Source: the human T2T-CHM13v2.0 reference genome, Homo sapiens. From it: a stretch of 64,000 bases of DNA. The position numbers and the translations under genes are program-made. The stretch lies in NCBI RefSeq assembly GCF_009914755.1, contig NC_060936.1; one strand, given 5' to 3'. Position 1 is the first letter of the stretch; the number at the start of each line of letters is the position of its first letter. This document shows, piece after piece, positions 43,565 through 57,939 of this stretch. The notes beneath the pieces are model-generated. The model had not been told where the DNA came from. It did not search any database and saw only the letters and a list, made by a program, of their open reading frames with translations.

Positions 43565-46519
43565 CTACGATCTCACAGGCAGGAGGAAGAGGGCTGGGCT
43601 GCTGGAGGAGGGTGGGGGAATGGCTTGAAGAAGGGGTTGCTTCTAGGAATTCAAGTCCTTGGATATTGGGGCAGGGGGAATAAAACCTCATGGGGGTGGC
43701 TTCATAGAGCTTTGTGTTTTGTACAGTGTAGAATTTAAAGGCTCTGTGGAATATCTGTCTGTTTTTAAATAGTTCCACAAATATTTATTGAGTGACTCAC
43801 TGCACTTCAGGTGATTTAGACCAAGACACAAAGAGATTAAATGTCTTGCTTCAGGTTTTGCAGCAACTTCAGTTAAGCTGGGACCAGATACCAGGGACCT
43901 GGACTTCAAGTCCAGTGTCCTTCCAATGGGTTCTTTGTGGCTGGGAAATAGAAGTCCAGAGAGGCAAAGCCTCTTCTCCAAAGGCACAGAGAAAGGAGAA
44001 AACCAGGGAGTTTGGCACACCTGGGCTCTGGCCTGGCCAGGTCCTCAGTCCCAGGGGCCTTTCCACCTGGGTTGTTTCTCCTCAGGTATGAAGAAGAGCT
44101 GGCCCTCAGGGCCACAGCTGAGAATGAGTTCATGATGCTGAAGAAGGTGAGTAACTGTTCTCACATGGGAAGAATTAAATCCTGGACACCGGACGCTCTG
44201 ATGCTGTGGGCCCTGTCAGGTTCCCATTAGCCCAATTGTTGGTGGTAAGGTACTGGAGCCCCTGGCACAAGAAGGTGGGTTAGTTTGGTTGCAGAAGCCA
44301 TCATAGAGCCCATGCAGGAATCCAGACAGTGCCGATAGAGCCTTCATAAAAAGAAAACCTCACCATGCTCCTGCTTGACTTTTTTTAAACTACTGGATTG
44401 GCTGAAAGGTTCAATTTTAATTCCGTCTTGGTTTTTTGCGGGCATTGCCTCCCCCTGTTATCCAAGACTAGGGGTTGGTTCTCAGCTTGTTAATGATTTC
44501 AAAGTGTGACCATCATTCAGTGCAATTGGTGATGATGGAAAAGCCCTGGGGAATAAAACTGTGAATGGTTTCCCTTTTGTTTCATGTTGCTGAGTGAAAG
44601 TGCATGTGAATGTTCTTTAACAAGTAATGTGCTTGCTTGCCAGCCTCCTTATTTGTGAGTATCACAGGGTGGAGTGAAGGCTGGTGACAGATCTGCCAAT
44701 AGAGGCTTGGCCTTGGTCTCAGGCAGGAGAGTCAGCTATTTGAGTGCTGGTGGTTTCCTGGCCTGGGCTCTGAGGACAACCTACAGAGAGGCTCTGTGAC
44801 TGTCACATGCTTGTGCTCTGTGGGTCAGTCTGGCTGGGAGGCAGCAGCCTGACGTTCTGGGCCGTGGTATGAGGCTTCCTTCTTTGGCAAGGTCCTCGGC
44901 TCTCCACTTCATTTCCCCAAGTGGTCTCATTTATGCAATGGGAGGTAACGTCACTGGCAGACAACAAAGGCTCTGTCCCTTCTAGGGGGTCCCTGAAGGT
45001 GAAGATCAGAAGTCTAGGTTAGACTTGTAAGTGCAGGGTGGCTGGGCAGGGTCAGGCCAGAGGCAGAGAGGTGGGCCAGGAGGTGGCCTCAGGGCCCGCT
45101 GAGGAGAGCCGAGGCTCAGGGGCACAGCGAGGGGGACAAAGGTCACTCCACATCCTCTTGTGTCTATCTCCACCAGGATGTAGGCTACACCTATCTGCAC
45201 GAGACGGACCTGGAGGCCAATGTGAGCCGCTGAAGGAGGAGTCAGTCTTCCTGCAGTCCCTCTACGGGGAGGTAAATCTCTCCCCATCTCTGAAGAGCAA
45301 GTGAGAGAGGGGACAGGGGAGGGTTTCCTTGGAGTGTGGCCTGTCCTGGTTCCTGGGTTCTAGGAAAGCTGTACATTCTTGACTCTCCTAGGCCTGGATA
45401 TTTTTCCTTATGTGACCAGAGGGGATTTTTCTCTTGTTCGGGTGGAACTGGGTGATGCCCTTCCTTTAAGATGATTTGAAAGAAAGTGGTTAATTCCCAT
45501 GTCATGAAGTGGAGATCTGACAATTAATTTATTAATTTAGGTAGTGTAAAAACCCAAGCAGATAATCCAGGCCTCTCCCTCTGGCCACAATCTGGTTGAT
45601 TAGATTTGTGCATAGAGCTATAGCTGATCTGGATTATTCAGGCCCCAAGGCGGGGTGAGCCGGGGTGATGGCATACACATAAATCCAGCTCTGTTGATCC
45701 CTGTATTAGTAGAATTCCACGTTACTCATTGCTTTGAGGCCACAGTCCCAATTCCAGCCTTTTCCTCTTAGAACTACAGTTTTTAAATTTTCCTGACTTG
45801 CTGGTAGTTTTCTAATTTCAGAGTTGGGATTTTTTTTTTTTTTTAAATTTCCTGAGAAGATAGGATCAGAAGGGGATTTGGAGTTGAGGGCACTGGTTGC
45901 TGTCTTCTACAGGAAATCTGCCTCCTTCAATCACAAATCTCTGACACCTCCATGGTGGTGAAGATGGACAACAGCTGGGAGCTCAACATGGACTTGGTTG
46001 TGGCTTAGATCAAGGCTCAGTATGATGATATTGCCAGCTGCAGCCGGGTGGAGGCTGAGACCTGATACCAAACCAAGGTAGTCTGGAGGGCAGGGCAGCC
46101 CCACTGAGACAGGAGGATAGCTGTGAGCCTCGAGTTTCCCTGGGAAACGCACTCCTGCACTCTAGAGGGGCTGCCGCTGAGGTCCTGGGTAGAGCAGGGC
46201 CAGAAGGCGGGAGAGCTGTGGAACAGTAGGCTGGCTGATTGGGTCGGGGACAGCAGCCTCTAGCCATTGTTTCTGTGTGTTTGCCTCTCAACCTGCAGTG
46301 CGAGGAGGTGAAGGCCACAGTGATCCAACAGGGTGAGAACCTCCGCAGAACCAAGGATGAGCTCAACGAGCTGAACTGCATGATCCAGAGGCTGACGGCA
46401 GAGGTGGAGAACGACAAGCAGCAGGTTGGGGGGCGCCGAGACCCCACTCCATACACCTGCCACTTCTTGTCTGGTTCCTGCTTCCCTCCTATCTTCAGGG
46501 ACTGCTACCATTTGGAGAG

Positions 46520-47260
46520 GCGTGTATTTGAACTGTGCCAGAGTACACTACTATAATCAGCATGCAAGGGCTCCTGTTCCAACACCCACTATTATCAAAC
46601 TTCCGAATTCTTGTGGATCTGATAGGTGTAAACTGGCACCTAATTGTTATTTTAATTTTCATTTCTTTGGTTAAGTAGTGATATCAAATCTTTCCTCATA
46701 CACTTACTACTTATTTGTATTCCCCTTCTAAGACCTGTCTACTCATATATCTGCCCATTTTTCTATTGTGGTTCCTTCCTTTTTTCTTAGTGATTTGCAG
46801 TATTCCTTTGTCCATTCTATCTGGATTGTAAGCCTTTGTCAGTACACATATTGCAATTAACTTTCTCTCAGTCTATCACTTGTCTGTTTGTCCTTTATTG
46901 AGCCCAAATCTTTAAGCTGGATGTGCCCAAATCCATCTTAAGTTCTTCCTTTAATGGTTTAGACTTAGAAGGTATTGAGGTAATAGAGGTAGCCTCTTAA
47001 ATTTCTCCCCCCGTTAGTTTTATAGTTTTACCTCTTGCATTTAGGTCTGTGATCCATCTGAACTTTATTTTTTTTTTGTATACACAGTGAGTAGGGTTCT
47101 AAATTAATTTTTCTACATATCATAAGAAAATAGATTATGTAATCCATCCTTTCGCCAGTGATTTGTAATACTACCTCCAGCACAACACAGTGCTCCCACA
47201 CATGCCTGGCTTAATCTCTGTCTTCTGCCTTCTGAGTTGCTGTTCTTCATCACTGCACAG
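46520..47260 (-). mobile_element. L1ME-type relic in pseudogene intron 6
   Basis: T-rich antisense L1 text (tttaggtctgtgatccatctgaactttattttt); ends approximate. Confidence 0.55.
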
Positions 47261-50020
47261 GATGTATCATTAGTAATTTGTTGTGGTTAAGACCTGAGTA
47301 ATGAAATATGCGAGTGGTTTACTTTTTAGATGTGAAATTAGAGAAGATTCGAAGTTGTCCCGTGATAACAGTGCTTTTGTTCATTTGCTTCTGTTATGCT
47401 TTCTTAAGCGGGGTGAAGGGAGGGGCTGTAGTTAGTGTGTCCGGAGTTGTTGCACATGGGAGCTTCTTTCAGCAAGATGATCTCAGCAGGCCAAAGAGTG
47501 AGACCCTGCACAGTGGCCTTTGAATACCTGAGCTTGGTGCTAATTAACTGCATAGCTTAGGGCAAGTCACAGCTTTTTGGAGTCTTAATTTCTTCATTTG
47601 CATAATGGGAACAATAATGCCTGTAGTGACAAGCTTGCAGAATAACTTTGAAGGTCAAATAAGATAACATCTATGAAAGTACCTTGTAAACGAATAACGG
47701 TATATACAAGTATAAGGTAATATCACTAATAATGATCATTCCTATTTCAGTGCTAACATTTCCTCCCTCTAATGGCTCACCTGCCAAACTCAAGTCAGTT
47801 TTATGATAAAGTGTACAAAAATGAAGGAAAAAAATCCAAATGGGCCATGTCCCTGCCTAGTTAATTTTCCATTTATATGTATTTCTTTTAAATAGTATTA
47901 AGTTTAAAAATTAACCGTTTTGAATGGAGATAAAATAGGATGACCAAGGCCACTGGAGACCCACCAGAGTCCCCACAACCTGCACCCTTTTTAAACTCCT
48001 TCCCTTCTGTCCATCCCCACAGCGCTGCAAGCTGGAGGCTGCGGTGGCCCATTCTGAGCAGCAGGGTGAGGCAGCCCTCAGCAATGCCCACTGCAAGCTG
48101 GCTGAGCTGGAGGACGCCCTGCAGAAGGCCAAGCAGGACATGGCCTGCATGCTCAAGCAGTACCAGGAGGTGATGAACTCCAAGCTGGGCTTGGACGTGG
48201 AGATCGCCACTTATCGCAAACTGCTGGAGGGCGAGGAGATCCGGTGAGGACAGGGGCTCCAGGGTCCCTTCACGTTCCTACTCAGAGCTGGACTGAAATC
48301 TTCCAGGCAGAGAATGTTCAAACTGGGAAAGACTCTAGAAATCATGGACTCCAACCATGTCCCCATTTTGCAGATAGGGAAACTGACATCAGAGAGGGGA
48401 AGGGGCTTGCCCAAGAGCACAGCCAGTTAATGGCTCACCTAAAATGTACCAGTCTCTGGGCTGGCCACCAATGCTCTTCTCCCTCCTGCACGGCCCCTCA
48501 GGCTGGAATCTGGATCTCATTCCAAGGCCACTACTTTACCCTCTTGACTGAAAGGATGTTTCTGCAATCAGCTTCAGTGGGTTCTTAAAGCTGGAATCAT
48601 TCAGAAAATTAGTTAAAGGCCATTTGATTTGGGATGTGCAAAGAATCCTATCAACCTAGATAGCCTGGTGTTCAGGACCAGGGAATAGAAATGAGCGGCA
48701 CAAGTTCTGTCCTTGCAAAGGAAGACAAGACAGACATACATCAGTCCTCCAGAGCCTGGGGTTAGTGGCCCAGGGAAGCTGTCACAGAAGGAGGCTGCCT
48801 TCTCAACAGCTGAGGAGAAGCTATGCTGACAATTTGAGCCAAGAATTGAGGGCAGGTGAAGCCAGTGTGGGGCAGAGTGATGCGTATTTACACCTGGGAT
48901 GGTTGCATGGTCCTCTGGACTTGGGACGGCCACATCGTTAGAGTTTCTAGCTGGGTCCCTTCAGGGCGGGGAGGCTAGACTGGGTAGTAGAGTATACAGG
49001 TGAAGAGCACAGGCCATGAGCCCACTCTGGGTTCAAATCCCAGCTCTGCCACTTATTAGCATGTGACCTCTTTGTACCTCAGCGTCTTCAGCTGTAAAAC
49101 AGAGATAATCACAAAATCCACCTTGTAAGGCTGTTGCAGGATTAAGTGAGTTTTAATGGAACATAGTAAGCCCCAGTAGGAGGAGGTGATTGTCATGAGA
49201 TGATGGCCAGGCCGGGCTGCCCCCATGAAGAGGGAACTCAAAGGCCTGGTTGGCTTTGGAAACCTTCCATGAAGCGTCACTGATGGCAGCCCGGCCACGC
49301 TGCTGGACTTGCTCCATGCTTGGCTCAAGCACACACACTTTTCTGCCAGCTTCCTTGGGGCTTTGGGTGAAGCCACTGGAGTTCTGTCTGCATTCGGATA
49401 CTTAAGCCCCCAACCCACTCACTAGCATTCAGTGAGCAGCTGGCACTTGCACTGATTTTCATTATGATACTAATAATTAATGGATTAATAACTCAATCAG
49501 AATTATTAGTACACATCCCCTATCCATGTGATTTTAAAGTCAATTTAGCATATTGTGCTATGTGTACTGTGGCCATTGACCTTTTAAGAGACTGCCTCCT
49601 CTTGGCATTTAAAATATTTAATTTAATTACATAAGTAATGCTCGCTGCTGCCAATACAGAAAATAAGAAAACAAAAGCATTCAGAGCCACTCAACTCAGA
49701 GATAGCTGTCGCCAGCATTGTGGTTTGACAGGCACCACCACGGGCACTGTGGGTTCCTTGAAAGGGCACAGTCGTAAGGCTGTGGCAATGCCAGACTGAG
49801 TGGCAGGAAACCGAGCCAGATGTGTACATCCTCACTCAAAAGATGAGTGAAGAAGTGTTTTGAGCTGGGCAGAATGAGGCAGGGTAGAGCTTTCCTGGGG
49901 AAAAAGGTTTGAAGTGGGAAGCTACAAAAGGGGAGACAGAACAGAAAGTGCAGAGAGGTGTGAGGGAGGAGGGAGTGTTTATAAAAAGCCCACTGTAGTG
50001 GTATATATGTCTCATCATAA

Positions 50021-50299
<279 letters not shown>

Positions 50300-50329
50300 A
50301 AAATGAATTGTTTATAATGTTGGTAGCAA

Positions 50330-50570
50330 ACATATTGGATTTCCTTACTATGTGCCAGTCTCCATTTTAGGCACTTTCCATGTAGAACTCAATCGAACTT
50401 TACAATAATCCTTTCAGGCGGGTATTATCACCCCCATTTTATGCTGGAGAAATTGAGGCACAGAAAGGTTAAGCGACCTGCCCAAGATCACCCAGCTAGT
50501 AAGCCGCACAGCCAGATTTAAGTCCAGGCAGCCTGGCTTGAGAGTCCAGGCTCTTAACCACACCATACTC
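50330..50570. mobile_element. MIR element
   Basis: cccattttatgctggagaaattgaggcacagaaaggttaagcgacctgcccaagatcac. Confidence 0.7.
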
Positions 50571-52204
50571 TTCAGCCTCCCTCTGCATTGAATGAAATCA
50601 GATAGATGTCTGGGGTACCATTTAAAATCATGGTATAAAAATGAATCTGTTTGAGTAATAGGCAAGCTTTTTCCTGCTCAGAGACGTCTAGCTAGGTAGC
50701 AGCAGCTTCCATCACCACTTTGGCTTTGCTGGCATTTCCAGCCAAGGGACCAGGAGGATGCCCCCCTCATCTCTACTTCCCAGTTCACCAAATTTCCATG
50801 GCTGAAAGCCAAACATGGCATAAAGTGGCATTTTGGATCCTGTAAGCTAACATACTCCTGTCCTTTTGGGATCCCAGCAAGCAGGACCAACACTGATGCT
50901 GTCTGCAGCAGGTGGGTATCTTCCCCCTGCCTCTTAGGGCCCTTCTTCTCCTTCAGCATGGAGGAGAATAGGTTTGGTGCAAAAGCAGAGGAACTCAGCA
51001 CTAACCGTACACTCTCTCCTCTCCCTGCAGGCTGTGTGAAGGCGTGGGCTCAGTCAATATCTGTAAGTTGGGTGTGTGTGGGCATGGCTTTCTGGGGTTT
51101 CAGCAATCTTAGTATTAGATTGCATCTAACTGATGACCAAGCCTCTGTCTATGGAGTGGTAGACAAGGGACTCCTGAGCTGATGTCTCTGGGATCCAGAC
51201 AAACTGATGACCTCAAATATTTGACCATACATGGATCCATCTGGAACACCCATGAAGTCTAAGTTAATGAATGGGGCAAATTCTGAACCCCTATTTGGTT
51301 CTGCAAAAATAGCTTAAGCCTTTTAGTTACACACAGAATACTACTCAAGTGGTAGCATGTTCTAGTAAGAAAAAAAGCTAGGTTTATATTCTGATCACAT
51401 GGGTCTCTGCAGGCAACTTGTAAATCTCTATCTAATAATCCAATGTACACACAGCCCCTGGGCCAGGTGTCTGATTCCCATCCCTCCATTCCCCTCACCT
51501 CTCTAGCAACCATATTTCTAGATGACTCCTCTAGTGTGATCTATCAGTTTTTGCTCAAAGATTGTATGAACATGTCTCAACATCAGCCTGGTCCAAGTAG
51601 AGTTTGGTGTGCAATTTGCTAACCACACTCCTGAAGAAGCAGATGGCAGTGGGTTCAGGTTTGCCTGTAGTTTAAAAAGACTCATGTTGCTGGTCCCTCA
51701 GAGAAGGAAGATAATTAATCATTGGTTCTAAAGGATTCTGGGTCATAACATGTCTGAGATGGAAGAGAATTCTGACCTGTGTCTCTGTCCACATGTGTGA
51801 GCCATTCCCAGGGTGGTGTGGTCTGCGGGGACCTGGACTCCACTGCCTCCTGTGGCTCAGGGGGTGTGGCCATCAGCAGTGGTGCACTGTGTTGCCCCTC
51901 TGCAGTGGGGGCCTGCTCCAGTGCCCAATCTGTGCGGTTTGCATAGAGGGGGTGGGACTCTGGACGGACCTGTTCTGATGGGGGCAGTGTGGGTTGGGGA
52001 GTGGAAATCTTTTCTCTTGCATGCCCAAATGTCAGTTTAGTAATTTCCCCTTACAGAGAACCCAGAACTAACTCTCCTGTTTCCTTCTTATTGGAGTTAA
52101 CAATTTACTTTCTCTGTGTAAACCCTGGGTTTGACATTATTTTCACTTCCATTGCTTCTCCCCTTCCCTGTGGTTCAGGAATGAAATAGAAAGGCTTTTT
52201 TTTG

Positions 52205-52210
52205 AATAAA
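52205..52210 (+). terminator. Pseudogene polyadenylation signal
   Basis: AATAAA about 260 bp after the ancestral stop codon. Confidence 0.5.
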
Positions 52211-52689
52211 TTTCTCGGTCATTGTCTTCCCCAATTAACTTCAGGCCAGCAGATGTTAAATTAAGTCCTGACTGTGTGCCAGATCCTCTTGGAACGGAGC
52301 CAGCTAGAGGGTGTGGAGTATGTGGGAACATCTCTGTGCTTTGCCCTCGGATGACAGGGGCTCCAGATGCTGCCTCAGCATGGAAGGGTGGTGTGGGTGT
52401 GGAGCTGGGCTCCTCACTTGCTCTGAGAGATTGTATATTCCCAGAGTCCCCCAACTATTCATATGTCCAGATTGAAAGACTGACGGAGGCTAATCAGCTG
52501 GGTTTATACTGTTTGTTGCCTGGAAGTTCATTGTATTTGCATGATTCCTGTATGGTTCCTTCTTTCTTTTGGTGTGCTTGATTAAATATCAATGGCGAAA
52601 GGCTTTTTCTTAGTAACCAAGTTAATGCCTGCCTCCTTCATTGTCTTCCCAACCCACCCAAAGCCCTGACTGTCTTGGTGCATCTCACA

Positions 52690-52865
52690 ATGTGGTCCAC
52701 CGACCACCACCTGCATCAGAATCCCTGTGGGGTAGTTGCTAAATGTGCAGATCCTGGGCTCCATCTGGAACTCTCAATCAAAAGTTCTAGGGATGAGCCC
52801 AGGAATCTGTATTTTAAGAAGCTTCCAGGTGATTCCTAGAAGAACTAAAGCTTGAGAACCACAGG
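52690..52865. mobile_element. MER5-like DNA transposon relic
   Basis: ctgcatcagaatc...gagcccaggaatctgtattttaagaagcttccaggtgattcc. Confidence 0.6.
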
Positions 52866-53889
52866 TTGATGTGGGTAGAGGGAAGAGGAGGGTCGGATAA
52901 TTCTGGCCATGGAAGTGACTGTCCCTCTGATTCTCACTGGATCGGTCTAGCCCCTTTGCATTTCTCCTTTGTCTGCGGCTAAAAGGTCAGAGCCATGGTC
53001 TGGGCCACACACACACCAGGGCAAGGTGGGGGCAAAGGTACAAAAGGGGTGAGGAAGGGAGCCTGTATTTGTTAAACACCTGTTAGGTGTCTGGCACATT
53101 ATATATGTATTTCATTAATTTCTCACAGCAACCAGAATATTATCCTCATTTTACGTATAAATAAATTAAGGCTCAAAGAAGTAGCTTTACTAAGTTACTC
53201 AGCTAGTCCAGAATTCAAACTCATGTCTAGGGAATGCTGCTGTTCATAAATGTTTCCACAGCATTTCCCTAATTGCTCCTCAGGCTAAACATTCCGGCTC
53301 ATCAGATGCTTCCGGAGGAGTTCTGCCTGATGCTCCTTCACCAGCTGTCTGACACTTTGGAGATGAGATGGAAGGTGACACATGGGACCTCCTAGAAGCA
53401 TTTGTAGAAACATCTCCCCGTAGGTTCTGTTCTCCAAGAATCTCGGACAGATCGTACCACGGGGCGGTTAATACAAGCCTTTTATATGGGAACCCAAGAT
53501 CAAAGCTCAGACACGTGGTTGGAAGGCATTTGCCCTGATAACCTGGTCAGAGGCAATTGATTGGTGAACTGTATGTCTGGCCTACTCTTGAACTGACAGT
53601 TCCCTAGAAGTCCTACCTAGGGCTGTCTCACCTGTATGTGATGAATGGAGACAGGGGTTTCTGAAGGTCAACTTTCTTTCACTTGTTGTACAGGAAGAAC
53701 TATTTCTCCCACCTTATTTTATTTGGAACTTTTTTTTTTTTTAAGCCTGACTGGGTAGGAAACATTTTGCCACAAGAATGCATATCTGATCTCATGACAT
53801 AGAAAAGTCTTTAAAAGGTTTTTTTTTTCTTTTCTTTTCCATGGTGCTCACGCACATTGCCAAAACTTCTGGTACCAGCTCCGGACCTG

Positions 53890-54810
53890 CCAAGGCAATG
53901 GCTTGGCACCCCGGCCTAGGGGTGGAGTCTGGGGGAGCAGGGCCTGGCCTTTTGACTACCTGCGGGTTCGCTCCCCACATCCCATTCACTGCAGACGGGC
54001 GACCCCCGAGGGTCTTTATAAAACCTCTGTGCCAGGACGCACTAGGCACCTAGACTTCGGAGAGGAGGGCGCCGACCCCGGCCACGGTGCTATGGGCATG
54101 TCACGGGGCAGCCCTGAGCAGCCAATAACCCCCAAACACCCTGCCCACTACCCCAAAACGGCGGGCAGGTGGCGCCCAGCTCGCCCTCCCGTCCCTCCCG
54201 GCGCCCAGCCCCTAGGCCCCTCACCACTGGGGTTAGAGGCTAAGGGCGGGACGCGGGGCGTCTCGGGCAGGGGTGAAGGAGGGCAGCCGGGGCCCAGGCG
54301 TGGAGGGCGGGCGCGTTTGAGAGAGGCGCAGGCGGCGGGATCCCGGCGGACGGCAGAAGACTCAGGAACCAGTCCAGAGGCGCCGAGGCGCGAACCTTGC
54401 GTGAGCCAAGGACCCAAGGCCCCTGTGGACCTGATCCCGCGGGCTCCAGCAGGGCCCGCGCCGTGCATCTGGAGATGGGCCCAGGATACCCGGTGGCTGG
54501 ACGTGACGGTGGGCAGGCAGGCAGGGCAGGGCACGGGGCGACCCGTGAGCAAAGCGAGGGTGGGGGTAGGAGGGGTGTGGCCCCTGACTCTCGTGGGTGG
54601 GGAGATGGGGGACAACGGTGGCCTCAACGGGAGACGGGGCCAAAGTGGGGACCTGCAGGGAGGACCTGCAGGCCCCTTGTTACACTGTAAACTGTCCCCA
54701 CCCAGGTGGCCTGCGGACCACCGAGGCTGAGGAAGTCCTGCTGGCCTGGACGGTGACTCGCCTTCCCATCCCGAGTCTCTCGCATCCAGAGGGCCAGCAC
54801 TGCACGGGCG
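53890..54810. promoter_or_regulatory. Intergenic CpG island between the pseudogene and KRT85 3' ends
   Basis: Dense CpG, GC boxes (gggcggg), TATAAAA at 54017-54023; boundaries approximate. Confidence 0.7.
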
Positions 54811-57800
54811 ACATAACAGAGAAGAGCCTTTGAATGGTTCTCCTCGGCCACGCAGTTCTTCTGATGTCTTCAGACTCTGTTTCAGTGACCACAATGGCCA
54901 GGCAGTGACTTGACCTGGGCGGACAGAGGTCTATCTTAGTAGGGTGGTGCTTCCCTTGTCTCTGTCTCCCGGACCAAAGGGTCTTGCAGGGGCCTGCCCA
55001 TCACAGTCCGGATCCCACCAAGTTTGAGCAGCAGTAAAGCCAGGTTAAAAGGGTCACCAGAGTGACTCTGAGGAGGAAACGGTGTCTCAGGGGGCATTGG
55101 CTGCCCTGGGGCATGGGACTGTGGACTGGGGAAGGGTCTGTGTTTCCTTTTGATGGTGGTGGAGGGTGGCTATTTGTCTATGAATGCCTTGGGTATTTTC
55201 TTCATTTTTAATGCGTAAGCTTATCATGCTGTCCCCGCCTCACTCCACTCCCTGGCTGCTCCCCTGCCAACATGGGGGAGCCCTCGGTTTTTGAACAAAA
55301 CGGAAATGAGCAGGGATTTCCAGGCATGCACAGGTTGGGGGTTGGGGGTTGGGGGAGGCAGGAAGGTGGCCTGAGGCTCTGTGAAATAAGCCTCTCCCAT
55401 TGCTTGTTCTGCCTGGCATGTCCCTACACCCAAGGAGTGTGGCGCTTAGTGCCCATGTCGTTGTTGCTCTGATCCTCAATGAGCAAAACACTTAGTACAG
55501 TCACTTCCTAATGCTCATGTTCCCAGAGAGAGACAGGAGTGTGAATAACCCAGACAAGGGGACATTAAGTCCCACATGGTCATGTCCGTGTCTACACAGA
55601 ACATACTTGGTAATTTTCTTGATAATATGGTTAATTTGTGTTCCTCACTATGCTTGGCTAATGTGAGTAGTAACACAAAATTCTATTTTCTGAGATCCCA
55701 AAGATTGAAGCAGGGAACAGTTAGAGACACGGGCTGGGGGAAGGAACTCTCTTGGGCATAGGTGTTTGTGAGGATGGGTTGAAGCACAGTGGGTTGAGAA
55801 TTGGTGGTGGAGTGTTAGTGGTTTCAGGAGAAAGGAAAAGATGACAAATCCCAAGCGTACCTGTTTCTTTGAACAGGTTATTATCCATACTTCTAATCCT
55901 CTGGAAGCTTTGTGTGTTTGTGGGGAAGGATATCACTAACATTTACATAAGAATTGAATACAGACAGCAGGTCTGATTTTCTCTGATGCTGGTGTTAGCT
56001 TGGTTTGTGATGTTTCTAAGCAGGAAGGAGCCCAGGGCAGAGATCTGGGATCACTCCCATGGCCCACTTTATTGTTTGGGCCTCTTGAACTTCTGGCTTT
56101 TCCTCGATCTCTCAATTTCAGGTCACTTGACTTCTTCAGAATTTTTTCTTTCTAATAAAATGTTAATCCTTAGTTACCCTTGGACTGTACCCTTTGCATT
56201 CCGAGGGGAATAGTTCTTTGATCAGGAGAGAGCTGCAGGAGCCCCAGCATCCTTTGAGCCAGAAGAGCTTGCTGTGGTGGGTTTTTGCTGTTGGCTGCAA
56301 GGAGGGCTGGGGCAGAGGCTTACCTCCCCATAAGCAAAAGGCACCTCTGGCCAGCTGAATCTGTTGAATGGTATTTGCACACAAAGCACGGAAATGTATT
56401 AAAAAATTCATTCCTATCTCCCAGGTTCTGGCTGTTTGACTTTTCAATCCATGGTGCCGTTATTTTTTGGGTATCAGATTTGGCATTTTTGTTTTGCTCA
56501 GCCCAGATCCATGGTAACATGAAGCTGTTTTCCCCAAGCATAGACTCTCTGTAGCATCTCAGAACCATAGGAGGCAGCAGACCTGGTAAGGACTCTACCC
56601 ACTCATCTCATAGACCCCAGACTGACATGCAAAGCATGAAAGCCACTTCCTGCCCAAGGACTCACCGAGACCTGGCAGTCTTGGCAGAATTGGGGCTCAA
56701 ATTTCCATTTCCTGATGTTTCAGCCCCTGGGATTTAACGTTTCCTGTGGGTGAATGATGTCCCCTAAATTGAAAGTTGGCCTATTGTGATTGTCACCATG
56801 CCCTCAGGGCCCAAACAGCTGGGAAAAAGGAGGCAGCAGGCAAAGAGACCTGGAGGAGGCCCGCCAGGTGTCAGCCAGCAAACCTCAAACAGAGCAGCAG
56901 CCTAAGCACTCAGAAGCAGCCAGCAGCCTCCAGTGGGGCTACAGCCCTTTGGGCCTAAAGTGAGGATGCACAAGGCCCTATCTTCTCCTCTCAGAGAAAG
57001 AGGCTGCAGGATGGGGCAGCAGGGGGCTGGCAGACACCTGCTTGATGACGGTGACAGCTAATGGGGAGATGGAGCTGAGGGCAAGAGGACTGGATGTCTC
57101 TACCTCCTGCTGCACCAGCTGCCTGCATTCATCCAGCACATCCCAGGCCTGGCATATCTTGGAGCCCCATCCTGGGACTCAGTGGGAGGTCAGAGCCAGG
57201 AGGAGATACTTCCTGTCCTTATGGAATTTCCAGCTTGATCCAGACACACCCGTTGACATCCCTGGCCCAGATCCGCAGAGACAAAACCAGAGATTCTCAG
57301 GGTTCCAGACACTATATGATGGGGGCGGGGGAGGGCTGGGGGGTGTAGGGGTGAGGGTGGTAGCTTTGGGGAGCAGAGGAGGGCCCTGAGCAAAGGCAAA
57401 TGGGAGGAGGGATGTGGGATGGCCTATGTGTCCACAAGGGGTATGTAGGAGAGAGTGTCTCTGGGCTGTCTCAGAGGGTAGACTTGTCTCCTTGGGGTGG
57501 AGTCCATGACTGGGAGGATGAGCACCGCATGGAGGGGTTGGACAGGGCTGAGGAGTAGCTGGGGAAGGAGGTGACAGAGGAAGCCTGCATTTGGCATAAG
57601 AAGCACACACATGTGCCAGGAAGTGACTTGAGCCAGGCAGGAGAGGGTGAGAGCAGTGAGTTTGGGATGGAGTTCTGGCTGCTGGGAGTACGCAGGGTGG
57701 GTCAGGGAGAAAGAGGTCATTAGTGGGGAGCTGGGCTGTAGTCCAGGCCTGAGGGGACTGAGGGCGACTGAGTGGAATCAGACTGTGGAAGTGGACAGGA

Positions 57801-57933
57801 AGCAGCAGAGTTTCTGGGGGGTGACTGGGGAAACACTGCATGGGGCTGGACTGGGATTGGTCATCTGGAGATGAGGCAAGAAGGGAGTGGAGAAGTTGCT
57901 CACAAGACCACACGCTCTTGCATTGCAGCGGCA

Positions 57934-57939
57934 TTTATT
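57934..57939 (-). terminator. KRT85 polyadenylation signal
   Basis: AATAAA on - strand about 825 bp past the stop codon. Confidence 0.7.

Noticed and set aside
53903-54894. Overlapping 275-aa (+) and 248-aa (-) ORFs
   Set aside because: By-products of the CpG island; Pro/Gly/Arg-rich, with no homology I recognise.
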